This document shows, in pieces, positions 43,173 through 51,626 of a DNA stretch of 64,000 bases (the stretch's first letter is position 1; each line of letters begins with the position of its first letter). The stretch spans positions 52,140 to 116,139 of the forward strand of contig JAQBYD010000002.1 of the NCBI GenBank assembly GCA_027623315.1. Reading direction: 5' to 3'. This DNA is from Verrucomicrobiota bacterium (GTDB lineage Bacteria; Verrucomicrobiota; Kiritimatiellia; CAJWTS01). The notes beneath the pieces were generated by a model. That model did no database searches, was not told the origin of the DNA, and saw nothing but the letters and a program-made list of their open reading frames with translations. The position numbers and the translations under genes are program-made.

Positions 43173-44615
43173 ATGTATTCACTATCGCAAGACGAATTTG
43201 TCCGGTCGGCCGTCGATCACGACGTGATCCCGGTGTTTAAGGAGGTCCTCGTGGACGTCCAGACGCCGGTTTCGGTGCTTCACCGCTTCATGTCCTGCGA
43301 GAACGCCTTCTTGCTGGAGAGCATGGAGGGCGGTGAGACGTGGGGACGCTATTCGATCATCGGAGTTGAGCCGGAGCTGGTGTTCGAAAGCGATCATTCG
43401 GAGGGGCGCAATGGGGAACTCGAGCAATTGCGTTCCGTCTATACCGGACATCGCGTGGCCGTGGACGGTCGCTTGCCCCGCTTCTTCGGTGGACTGGTCG
43501 GATACATCGGCTACGAGGGGATGTGCGAAATGGAGCGGATGCCGAATCCGAAGGCATCCAATGACGTGCTTCCCAGAAGCCGTTTCGTGAGATGTGACCG
43601 CGTCATCGTTTTCGACAACATTCGCAATACCTGCCAACTCGTCGTGTGCGTTCACGTCACGGACTCCGGGCGTGCCGTGGATGCGTACAACAGCGCCTGC
43701 GCAGACATCGAAGCACTCGAGAAGCAGCTCAGCGCACCGGTGGATGCGCTGCCCAACCATACGTTCCCCGACGTCACGTTTCGCTCCAACATGGCGCCGG
43801 AAGAGTTCAAGGAGATCGTGGCCATGACGAAACAGTACATCTACAACGGCGACATCATCCAGGCGGTCTTGAGCCAACGCTTCACGGCGCAAAGCGAGGT
43901 CCCGCCGATCCAGCTCTACCGCGCGCTGCGTCTCTTGAACCCGTCGCCGTATACCTTCTTCTTGAAGATCGGCGACGAGACGCTGGTCGGCTCGTCGCCC
44001 GAGGTTATGGTGCGGCTGACCGGTGACCGCGTCGAGGTACGCCCGATCGCGGGAACGCGCCCGAGAGGGGACTCGCCGGAGCACGACGATGCGTTGGAGC
44101 AGGAACTGCTTCATGATGAGAAGGAGAGAGCAGAGCATGTCATGCTCGTCGATCTCGGCCGCAATGATATCGGTCGCGTGGCGGTGACCGGTAGTGTCGA
44201 GGTGACCGAGACCATGGGGATCGAGCGCTACAGCCACGTGATGCACATGGTCTCGCATGTGCGCGGCACGTTGAAGCCTGATCACGATGCGTTCGACGTT
44301 CTGTGCGCGACCTTTCCCGCGGGAACGCTGTCGGGTGCGCCCAAGATCCGGGCCATGGAGATCATTCACGAGCTCGAACCGACCCCGCGCGGTGTCTATG
44401 GCGGCGCGCTCGGATATATCGGGTACGACGGCAACATGGACGTCGCGATCACGATCCGTACCCTGGAGGCCCGTAACGGGAAGATCTCCGTGCAGGCCGG
44501 GGCGGGAATCGTATTCGATTCTGATCCGCAGACGGAGTATGAAGAAACATGCCACAAGGCCGCGGGGATGCAGAAGGCCGTGCAGCTTGCCGCGCGTGGT
44601 TTGGTGCTGGAGTGA
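43173..44615 (+). CDS. trpE: Anthranilate synthase component I
   Basis: Chorismate-binding family (…GVYGGALGYIGYDGNMDVAITIRT…). Confidence 0.9.
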   Translation: MYSLSQDEFVRSAVDHDVIPVFKEVLVDVQTPVSVLHRFMSCENAFLLESMEGGETWGRYSIIGVEPELVFESDHSEGRNGELEQLRSVYTGHRVAVDGRLPRFFGGLVGYIGYEGMCEMERMPNPKASNDVLPRSRFVRCDRVIVFDNIRNTCQLVVCVHVTDSGRAVDAYNSACADIEALEKQLSAPVDALPNHTFPDVTFRSNMAPEEFKEIVAMTKQYIYNGDIIQAVLSQRFTAQSEVPPIQLYRALRLLNPSPYTFFLKIGDETLVGSSPEVMVRLTGDRVEVRPIAGTRPRGDSPEHDDALEQELLHDEKERAEHVMLVDLGRNDIGRVAVTGSVEVTETMGIERYSHVMHMVSHVRGTLKPDHDAFDVLCATFPAGTLSGAPKIRAMEIIHELEPTPRGVYGGALGYIGYDGNMDVAITIRTLEARNGKISVQAGAGIVFDSDPQTEYEETCHKAAGMQKAVQLAARGLVLE

Positions 44616-44676
44616 GCGTCGTCAGTGGTTAGTGAGAAGTGAGCAGTCAGGAGTAAGAAAGTGAGTTGGGTTTCGC

Positions 44677-45261
44677 GTGATCTTGTTAATCGATAATTAC
44701 GATTCGTTCTCGTACAACCTGGTCCAGGCATTGGCCAGCCAGGGCGCGGAGATTCGCGTGATCCGGAATGATGAGATGGATGTCGACGCCGCGGTCGCGT
44801 TGGGCGCCGATGCCGTTGTGGTCTCTCCCGGACCGTGCACCCCTATGGAGGCGGGAATTTCGGTTGAGCTGGTGAAGCGCCTGTCCGGCACGGTTCCGAT
44901 TCTGGGCGTTTGCCTGGGGCATCAATCCATCGCGGCAGCCTTCGGCGTTCGCGTGCTGCATGCGAAGAAGATCATGCACGGAAAGACCTCAATGGTGCGT
45001 TACGGAGACACGCCGCTGTACGACGGGATCGAAAACCCGTTCGAGGCCGGGCGGTATCATTCCCTGGCCGTGACCGAGGCGGATCTGCCGTCTGAGCTGG
45101 TGGCGGACGCCTGGGCCGACGATGGCGAGTTGATGGGCTTTCATCATGCAGAGCACGCGACCTATGCGGTCCAGTTTCATCCCGAGTCGATTCTGACCCC
45201 CGATGGAGACCGGTTGCTTGGGAATTTCTTAACGTTAGCGGGAGGGACCGAGGCACCATGA
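44677..45261 (+). CDS. trpG: Anthranilate synthase component II (glutamine amidotransferase)
   Basis: MILLIDNYDSFSYNLVQ…, catalytic GVCLGHQ. Confidence 0.9.
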   Translation: MILLIDNYDSFSYNLVQALASQGAEIRVIRNDEMDVDAAVALGADAVVVSPGPCTPMEAGISVELVKRLSGTVPILGVCLGHQSIAAAFGVRVLHAKKIMHGKTSMVRYGDTPLYDGIENPFEAGRYHSLAVTEADLPSELVADAWADDGELMGFHHAEHATYAVQFHPESILTPDGDRLLGNFLTLAGGTEAP

Positions 45262-46265
45262 AGGCCTATCTTGAAAAAGCGATGGCGGGGCAAGACTTGT
45301 CCCAGGCTGAAATGCATGCGGCGATGGACCTGATTATGAGCGGCGACGCGCCGCCGGCGCAAGTCGCGGCGTTTCTTGTGGCTCTGCGCATCAAGGGTGA
45401 GTCGGTTGACGAGATCGCCGGAGGCGCCGCGTCCATGCGTGCGCACGCCGTGCAGATTGATGCGGGCGGACTGGATGTCGTAGACACGTGCGGCACCGGC
45501 GGGGACGGAGCGCACACGTTCAATATATCGACGACGGCGGCGTTTGTCGCGGCGGGGGCCGGGGTGCCGATCGCGAAGCATGGCAACCGGGCGATCAGCA
45601 GTCGTTGCGGGTCGGCGGACGTATTGGCGGCGCTGGGTGTGAATGTCGAAGCGTCGCCCGACGTCGTCTCGGATTGCATTCAGAAAATCGGAATCGGTTT
45701 TCTTTTCGCGCCCACGATGCATCCCGCCATGAAGCATGCCGGCCCGGTGCGGCGCGAGCTGGGCATTCGAACCGTCTTCAACATGCTGGGCCCGCTCACG
45801 AATCCCGCCGGCGCGAAACGACAGGTCATCGGCGTCTTCGCCGCTGAACTGACCGACGTCTTCGCTGAAGTGCTCAAGGCGCTCGAGGCTGAAGCCGCTT
45901 TCGTCGTGCATGGTGCCGATGGATTGGACGAGATCACCACCACGACCACGACTCGCGTCTCCGAACTCCGTGACGGAGAGGTGAAGACATACGATCTGGA
46001 CCCGGACGACTTCGTCTCCAGGCGTGCATCGCTTGAGGATCTACAAGGCGGGGATGCGGAGCAGAATGCAGCATTGCTGCGCGGCGTGCTGGGAGGCGAC
46101 CAAGCGCCGCGCCGCGACATCGTCTGCCTCAACGCTGCGGCAGCCATTGTGGCTGGAGGGAAAGCCTCCGACCTGAAGGCCGGCTATGAGGCCGCGCAGG
46201 CCGCGATTGACAGCGGCGGCGCCAGGGCTAAGCTCGACGCCTTGATCGTCGCGAGCCAGGCGTAG
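45258..46265 (+). CDS. trpD: Anthranilate phosphoribosyltransferase
   Basis: …DTCGTGGDGAHTFNISTTAAFVAAGAGVPIAKHGNRA… Overlaps trpG by 4 nt. Confidence 0.9.
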   Translation: MKAYLEKAMAGQDLSQAEMHAAMDLIMSGDAPPAQVAAFLVALRIKGESVDEIAGGAASMRAHAVQIDAGGLDVVDTCGTGGDGAHTFNISTTAAFVAAGAGVPIAKHGNRAISSRCGSADVLAALGVNVEASPDVVSDCIQKIGIGFLFAPTMHPAMKHAGPVRRELGIRTVFNMLGPLTNPAGAKRQVIGVFAAELTDVFAEVLKALEAEAAFVVHGADGLDEITTTTTTRVSELRDGEVKTYDLDPDDFVSRRASLEDLQGGDAEQNAALLRGVLGGDQAPRRDIVCLNAAAAIVAGGKASDLKAGYEAAQAAIDSGGARAKLDALIVASQA

Positions 46266-46289
46266 GGCGCGTTCTCGTCTCATTCCCGG

Positions 46290-47309
46290 TCAAGGCACCG
46301 CCTCGGCCGGCGGGGCATCACCCGGCAGAATCTCGAACGTGGCGGGTGGCGTCTCGATGGTGCCCCTCCAGTAGATCTCCGGAACTTGGTTCGTCACCGG
46401 AATGCTGTAGCGACTCTGCAGGCTGTACGAACCCGGCGGAAGTGCGGGCGACGCCGTTGTCCACTGCAAAGCAGGGCCGTTCTCACGGATGAAGAGGATC
46501 TGGCCGGGTTGCAGGGAATAGGGAACGACGGCGCGCGGGTCCAACGGCATCTCCTTTGCATAGAGGTCGGGTTGAATCTCCGTGGGCTCGCCGTTGGCGT
46601 GGCGGATCTCCAACTGGATTGGCCTGAGACCTGGATGGAGCAAGAGTTGTATCGATGCGTCGGTGCCCTGTCTCAGCGCTACCTGGAAGTCAATGCTGTT
46701 AGTCGCACTACGACGGACCGGAGAGCGCACGAGGGCGGCGGCCTGGAGCCCGCGTTCGTCCGGCTCGCTCCAATTCCATTTCTCGGGGTTGAGGACGTCC
46801 GCAAAGTTCTCCCCGAAGTGGGCCGTGATCCGATTCGGTTCGATAACACAGTGCCGGTTGTAGGGCAGGTAATATCGGCCGGGGGCGTCGGGGAGTTCCC
46901 GAAGCAGAAGCATGTAGCGCGTGCCGTTGCGGAGCCGATGGTTTTTGTATCCTTGCACACGAGTGAGCGCGGCGTCCGAGTAGGGCACAACATTGTGTAG
47001 TGTCGAGACGGTAATCACGGCGGCCGTTGTGACAGACGGTTTTCGGTCGAAGTAGACCGCGTTCACCTGTGCCTGGTAACTCAAGAGTGTGACTCGCTCG
47101 AGTCTGCTTTTGGCGATCTCCTTGGGGAAACCGCTTGTATCCAGTTTTGGCAGGCGCATGGAAGCGGTTTCAAGTGACCCCGTCGTGGTGACCGTGGCTT
47201 CAACGATGAGGTCGCACTGGTGAATCACTGCCGGCGCGCATAGTGCCTCCGTATAGGAGACATCCGTGGAATTCAGAATGGTCAGAGCCAGGGGCAGCAG
47301 GATGTGCAT
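46290..47309 (-). CDS. Hypothetical secreted protein
   Basis: Start set at MHILLPLALTILNS (signal-peptide-like). No recognisable domain. Confidence 0.4.
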   Translation of the reverse strand: MHILLPLALTILNSTDVSYTEALCAPAVIHQCDLIVEATVTTTGSLETASMRLPKLDTSGFPKEIAKSRLERVTLLSYQAQVNAVYFDRKPSVTTAAVITVSTLHNVVPYSDAALTRVQGYKNHRLRNGTRYMLLLRELPDAPGRYYLPYNRHCVIEPNRITAHFGENFADVLNPEKWNWSEPDERGLQAAALVRSPVRRSATNSIDFQVALRQGTDASIQLLLHPGLRPIQLEIRHANGEPTEIQPDLYAKEMPLDPRAVVPYSLQPGQILFIRENGPALQWTTASPALPPGSYSLQSRYSIPVTNQVPEIYWRGTIETPPATFEILPGDAPPAEAVP

Positions 47310-47325
47310 GGGGCAGGGGTCTCCT

Positions 47326-47811
47326 TTAGAGTTCGTAGAGTGTCTCTTCGCGTCCAGGCGGCCTGGCCTTGCGTCCGGTCGGTCCTCCGCCGGACATTGC
47401 GAATGGGTCTTCGTTCTCCAATACATCGCCCATCTCCGCTTCGATCGCTTCGGGGTCTTCGCCGGCTTCCATGCGACGCAGGGCCTCCTCCATCGGGCCT
47501 CCGAGTTTCATGCCGGTCATATCAGTGAATTTACGAATCATATTGGCCGCGTCGCGCGGGTTGTCCTCGTTAATCGACCCCGCTTCGGCCGCCAGCGATT
47601 CCATCGCCCGTTCCATCTTGCTTTCATCGAACGGCAGTTCTTCATTGCCCGGCTCTTGGGCATCTCCGACGGCGGCGAACATCGATACCTGGCGGTCAAT
47701 TTTCTGGTGCCCGCATTTCGGGCAGTTTGGCTTCTTCTCCGTATTCACGCGTTTCGACAGAAAACTAAAAATCACGTGACAGTCGGGGCAGTAGAATTCG
47801 TAGATCGGCAT
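47326..47811 (-). CDS. FmdB-family zinc-ribbon protein with acidic C-terminal tail
   Basis: MPIYEFYCPDCHVIF…CPKCG (CxxC…CxxC). Confidence 0.6.
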   Translation of the reverse strand: MPIYEFYCPDCHVIFSFLSKRVNTEKKPNCPKCGHQKIDRQVSMFAAVGDAQEPGNEELPFDESKMERAMESLAAEAGSINEDNPRDAANMIRKFTDMTGMKLGGPMEEALRRMEAGEDPEAIEAEMGDVLENEDPFAMSGGGPTGRKARPPGREETLYEL

Positions 47812-47814
47812 GGG

Positions 47815-47840
47815 GGTTCAGGGGTCAGGGGTCAGGGGTG
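47815..47840. repeat. Short tandem octamer array, GGGGTCAG-like x3 (reads CTGACCCC in the fmdB sense direction)
   Basis: ggttcagg ggtcaggg gtcagggg. It sits immediately 5' of the fmdB-like start codon, whose ATG on the minus strand is at 47811. Same unit family as the arrays at 48160-48290 and 54253-54348. Confidence 0.6.
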
Positions 47841-48157
47841 AGTGGCGCTAACTTAAGGAGGCGTCCCATCCAATTCGAGAACCTTGACGAGAACTACTTT
47901 CGAACGGTGCAGGTTCAGGAATCGGTGGTTTCCGGTTTAGTTCTCGGCAATGTTCTCGATGTGGATCTCCGGAGTGGCTCTCGATCCCGCCGCTGCGGGA
48001 TTCTCGGGATAGTTTGATTACCGTTCTGGACGTCATTTATCCTAGCGGCGTTCGGGTCGGTTGTCAGTTATCAGTTGTCGGTCTCACCGAAATGCTTCTA
48101 TTCGACTCATCAAGTGGAATCTGATTGACCAGGCGATCGGCGGGTTGAAACGACTCT

Positions 48158-48290
<133 letters not shown>

Positions 48291-48294
48291 CCTA

Positions 48295-50121
48295 CTACGT
48301 CTCAAGATGCGACCTTTCGAGCATTTGGTTCAGGTTCTTGACGATCGCCGATTCCTGTCGGTCGCCCAATTGTAGTATTTCTTTCAGGCCGAGTGCAAGG
48401 TGCGGCACGTAGAGTTGCATATAGTTCTTTTTCCGCTCGGCTTCGGCCAGGCGATTTCGTTTGTTGAGATAGACCGATAGGCGCCGTCCGCCTTCCTGGA
48501 GCGCGGAGGCGGCCTCTTTCATGATTTCGCTGTAGTGGGCGACGGCATCCTTGCTTTCGCTGGTGAATGGGACCCAGACGCTGCACATGTGGACGGTGAC
48601 GACCATCGGTCCGATCGGCAGGCCCCGTCGCGGTTGTGGCAGGCCATAGTTCTTCCAGTTGACGTCCGAGACCGCGCGCGTGAGGGCGCAGCCACCGGCC
48701 ATGTAGAGTAGGGGCACGCGATTTGCAAAACGCAGCACACGCGCGGCGTCATCCGCCGGCAGATTTTCGTTCTCACCCGGCTTCGCGTAAGCAATTCCGA
48801 TCTCAATCTGAAATGGATTGCCCCGGTACACCGTGGGCGGTCGCGTGATGGCGGTGTAGAAATCCGCGTCGATCTCTTTCTTGAGCCCCATCAGGATCTG
48901 GTCTTCGCCGATGGGTGAGAGGCAGTCGGTCGGTGGACGCATCAACTTGGTCTCGGCGATGGCCTTGTAGAGTGCCTCGCTCTCGCGATGCGCGATGCGC
49001 GCCGGATTCGCTTTCGGGTTGAGCTTCGCTGTCTGGCAGATCTGCAGGGCGGCTTTCGAGCTGACGCGCGAAAAGTCCTGGTTCAGGGCCGCGCGTATCG
49101 TGCGCGCCGTCGTATCCTTCAACATCTGCATCAGGTTGCCGAGTTCGACACCGTGCGGATGCGGCTTGATCTCGTCCGGCGGCTTCGGGATGCGCTTGCT
49201 GACGCGGAAGAAGGTCACCCACGGAATGTCTGCTTCGGGAGGCGCCTCCTTCTTCGGCGCGGATCTGCCTTTGGCGCTCCTGGCGGACTTCCTGGAGGTC
49301 TCCGTCTCGTCTTCGCCTTTCTTAAGCAAGCGTACACGGTAGTAGAGCTGCAGATGCGGATTCACGATGGCGCACTGCGCGAGGTACTCGTCGACCGATA
49401 GTTTGCCGCGCACGTATGCCGCTTCCATCTCGATGCTGACCGACGTGCCGCGCCGATACGCGACGGGCTTGCCCGGCTTGCCGTTCTCGAGGGTGGGGAA
49501 GAAGGTCGGCTTCCAGTCGATCTCCTCGTCACTGAGTATCGTCGGCTTGTTTCTTCGCGCGTCGATCTGCACGGCAATCTTGTGCGCCTTGCTTCCGTGC
49601 CTCGATGTGATTGTGGTGGAACTGCCGGTCGTAAGCTGTCCGTACATGCCGGCCGCGCTGATGCCGATGCCCTGCTGGCCGCGCGACATGCGCAGGCGGT
49701 GGAATTTGGATCCGTAGAGCAATTTGGCGAAAATTTGCGGGACCTGCGCCTTGACGATGCCGGGCCCGTTATCGGTGATCTCTATACGGAACCGGTTCTC
49801 CCCGGTCTGTTGCATGTCGACGCTGATCTCCGGCAGAAGGTGCGCTTCCTCGCACGCATCCAGAGAGTTATCGACCGCCTCCTTGACGCAGGTTACGAGC
49901 GCACGTCGCGGGCTATCGAATCCAAGCAGATGCCGGTTCTTGAGGAAGAACTCCGATACGGAGATGTCCCGTTGACGAAGGGCCATGGACTCCGCCGTGG
50001 CGGGAGCCTGCCTGGGCCCGCGTTCGGTGGATCGGGTCGCCTTCTTCCTGGCGGGCGTGGCCCTTTTTGTTTTGGCGGGAGCGCTCTGCTTCTTCTTTGG
50101 GGGGGCCTTGCGTTTTGCCAT
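48295..50121 (-). CDS. top6B: DNA topoisomerase VI subunit B (GHKL ATPase, H2TH and transducer domains) with N-terminal Lys/Arg-rich extension
   Basis: Aligns by eye to archaeal Top6B: …SVSEFFLKNRHLLGFDSPRRAL…EAVDNSLDA… (N-box), ITDNGPGI (G1), LYGSKF…SRGQQGIGIS (G2), …KPHPHGVELG…, LRFANRVPLLY (transducer). N-terminus is MAKRKAPPKKKQSAPAKTKRATPARKKATRS. Confidence 0.8.
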   Translation of the reverse strand: MAKRKAPPKKKQSAPAKTKRATPARKKATRSTERGPRQAPATAESMALRQRDISVSEFFLKNRHLLGFDSPRRALVTCVKEAVDNSLDACEEAHLLPEISVDMQQTGENRFRIEITDNGPGIVKAQVPQIFAKLLYGSKFHRLRMSRGQQGIGISAAGMYGQLTTGSSTTITSRHGSKAHKIAVQIDARRNKPTILSDEEIDWKPTFFPTLENGKPGKPVAYRRGTSVSIEMEAAYVRGKLSVDEYLAQCAIVNPHLQLYYRVRLLKKGEDETETSRKSARSAKGRSAPKKEAPPEADIPWVTFFRVSKRIPKPPDEIKPHPHGVELGNLMQMLKDTTARTIRAALNQDFSRVSSKAALQICQTAKLNPKANPARIAHRESEALYKAIAETKLMRPPTDCLSPIGEDQILMGLKKEIDADFYTAITRPPTVYRGNPFQIEIGIAYAKPGENENLPADDAARVLRFANRVPLLYMAGGCALTRAVSDVNWKNYGLPQPRRGLPIGPMVVTVHMCSVWVPFTSESKDAVAHYSEIMKEAASALQEGGRRLSVYLNKRNRLAEAERKKNYMQLYVPHLALGLKEILQLGDRQESAIVKNLNQMLERSHLET

Positions 50122-50219
50122 CTAGACTCCATACCGAAATCGTGGATGGTAGATCAAGCGCAACCTTGCGCTCCGCTTGCGCGTATGATTATAGTGGAGT
50201 GGTTGGATTGACCACGATA

Positions 50220-51509
50220 ATGAACATACGCAACATAGTCGCGGTCGGCATCATCCTGTTCTCCTGCCTCGCACCGATCGCTTCGGCGCAGGGCCTGCAC
50301 GACGCCATACAATCCAACGACATCGCCGCGGTGAAGGCGATACTGGCCTCGGGTGAGTTGGATCTCTCCATCCTCAAGACCAAAACGGGATCGACACCGC
50401 TGCACTGGGCGGCGGCCTACGGCGCCGACAAGGTGGTGGACGTGTTGATTCGGGCCGGCGTTGAGGTGGATTCGGCGACGGATAACGGATCAACGGCCCT
50501 GCATTGGGCCGCGCACAAAAACGCCCCCGACATCGCGCGTGTGCTCATAAAGCACAAGGCGGATGTGAATGCCCGAACCACCACGGGATCCGCGCCGCTG
50601 CACTGGGCAGCCAACAAGGACGCCCTGGAATTCGCCACGGTACTGCTCTCCGCGGGCGCTGAAACGGACGCGCAATCGGGCAACGGGTTGACACCACTGC
50701 ACTGGGCGGCGCTGGCGGACGCGGATCGCGTTGCCCGAGTCCTGATTCATCGCGGAGCGACCGTTGATTCGGTGTCCGACGACGGAACCACACCGCTGCA
50801 CTGGGCGTCGCGCACGAATGCGCTCAGGGTGGCCGCGGTGCTGCTGGAGAACCGGGCGAGCCTGCATGCCAAAACCGCGACCGGTGAGACGCCGATCGCG
50901 TGGGCCGGCTCCGAGGAGATGAAAGAGTTGCTCACGAGGTCGCCCGGCGCGGACCTTCTGGCGAAGGCCGGCGCGGGGCGGTCCGCTAAGATGCCGAGCA
51001 AGAAGGTGCCCCGGTTTTACCGCAGTGGCGATGTGTACGTCGGACAATTGAAGGGAAGCCGGCGTCACGGAACCGGCTCGCTTTCGACGCGCCGGGGTGT
51101 GCGTTACTCCGGCGAGTGGGCCGGCAACGTCCCGCACGGACGAGGAAAGCTGACGCTGTCGAACGATGAGACGTACGATGGCCAGTGGGTTCGTGGGGCC
51201 AAGGACGGGCAGGGGGAGTATACGTATGCGAGTGGGGCCAGCTACGTGGGGCAGTGGCGCGGCAACAAGAGGCACGGTCGCGGAGTTTATTCGTTTGCGA
51301 GTGGCGTCAGCTTGCAGGGCATCTGGAAGCAGGATCAGTTGCTTGCGGGCAGCGGGTCATACAAGCTGTCGGATGGTTCGACGTACGAGGGCGAGTGGTC
51401 CGCGGACAAGTTTAATGGCCGCGGCACGCTAACGACCGTCACCGGCAAGAAAGTGGAAGGCCTCTGGAAGAACAATGCCTACGTCGGGCCAGTCGCTATC
51501 GGTCCGTGA
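50220..51509 (+). CDS. Secreted protein with ankyrin repeats (N-terminal half) and MORN repeats (C-terminal half)
   Basis: Signal peptide MNIRNIVAVGIILFSCLAPIASA. About six ankyrin units (…G.TPLHWAA…). About seven MORN units (Y.G.W..N..HG.G). Confidence 0.8.
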   Translation: MNIRNIVAVGIILFSCLAPIASAQGLHDAIQSNDIAAVKAILASGELDLSILKTKTGSTPLHWAAAYGADKVVDVLIRAGVEVDSATDNGSTALHWAAHKNAPDIARVLIKHKADVNARTTTGSAPLHWAANKDALEFATVLLSAGAETDAQSGNGLTPLHWAALADADRVARVLIHRGATVDSVSDDGTTPLHWASRTNALRVAAVLLENRASLHAKTATGETPIAWAGSEEMKELLTRSPGADLLAKAGAGRSAKMPSKKVPRFYRSGDVYVGQLKGSRRHGTGSLSTRRGVRYSGEWAGNVPHGRGKLTLSNDETYDGQWVRGAKDGQGEYTYASGASYVGQWRGNKRHGRGVYSFASGVSLQGIWKQDQLLAGSGSYKLSDGSTYEGEWSADKFNGRGTLTTVTGKKVEGLWKNNAYVGPVAIGP

Positions 51510-51626
51510 GGTCGCAGGATCCGCGACTCGAGTGCGCTTCGAACTTCAAGGCTCGATCGCGGACCTTGACCTCCCCTCTGCATCTGGCACGATCACTTTT
51601 CTAAACCTTGAGCCCTGGACCTCCCC

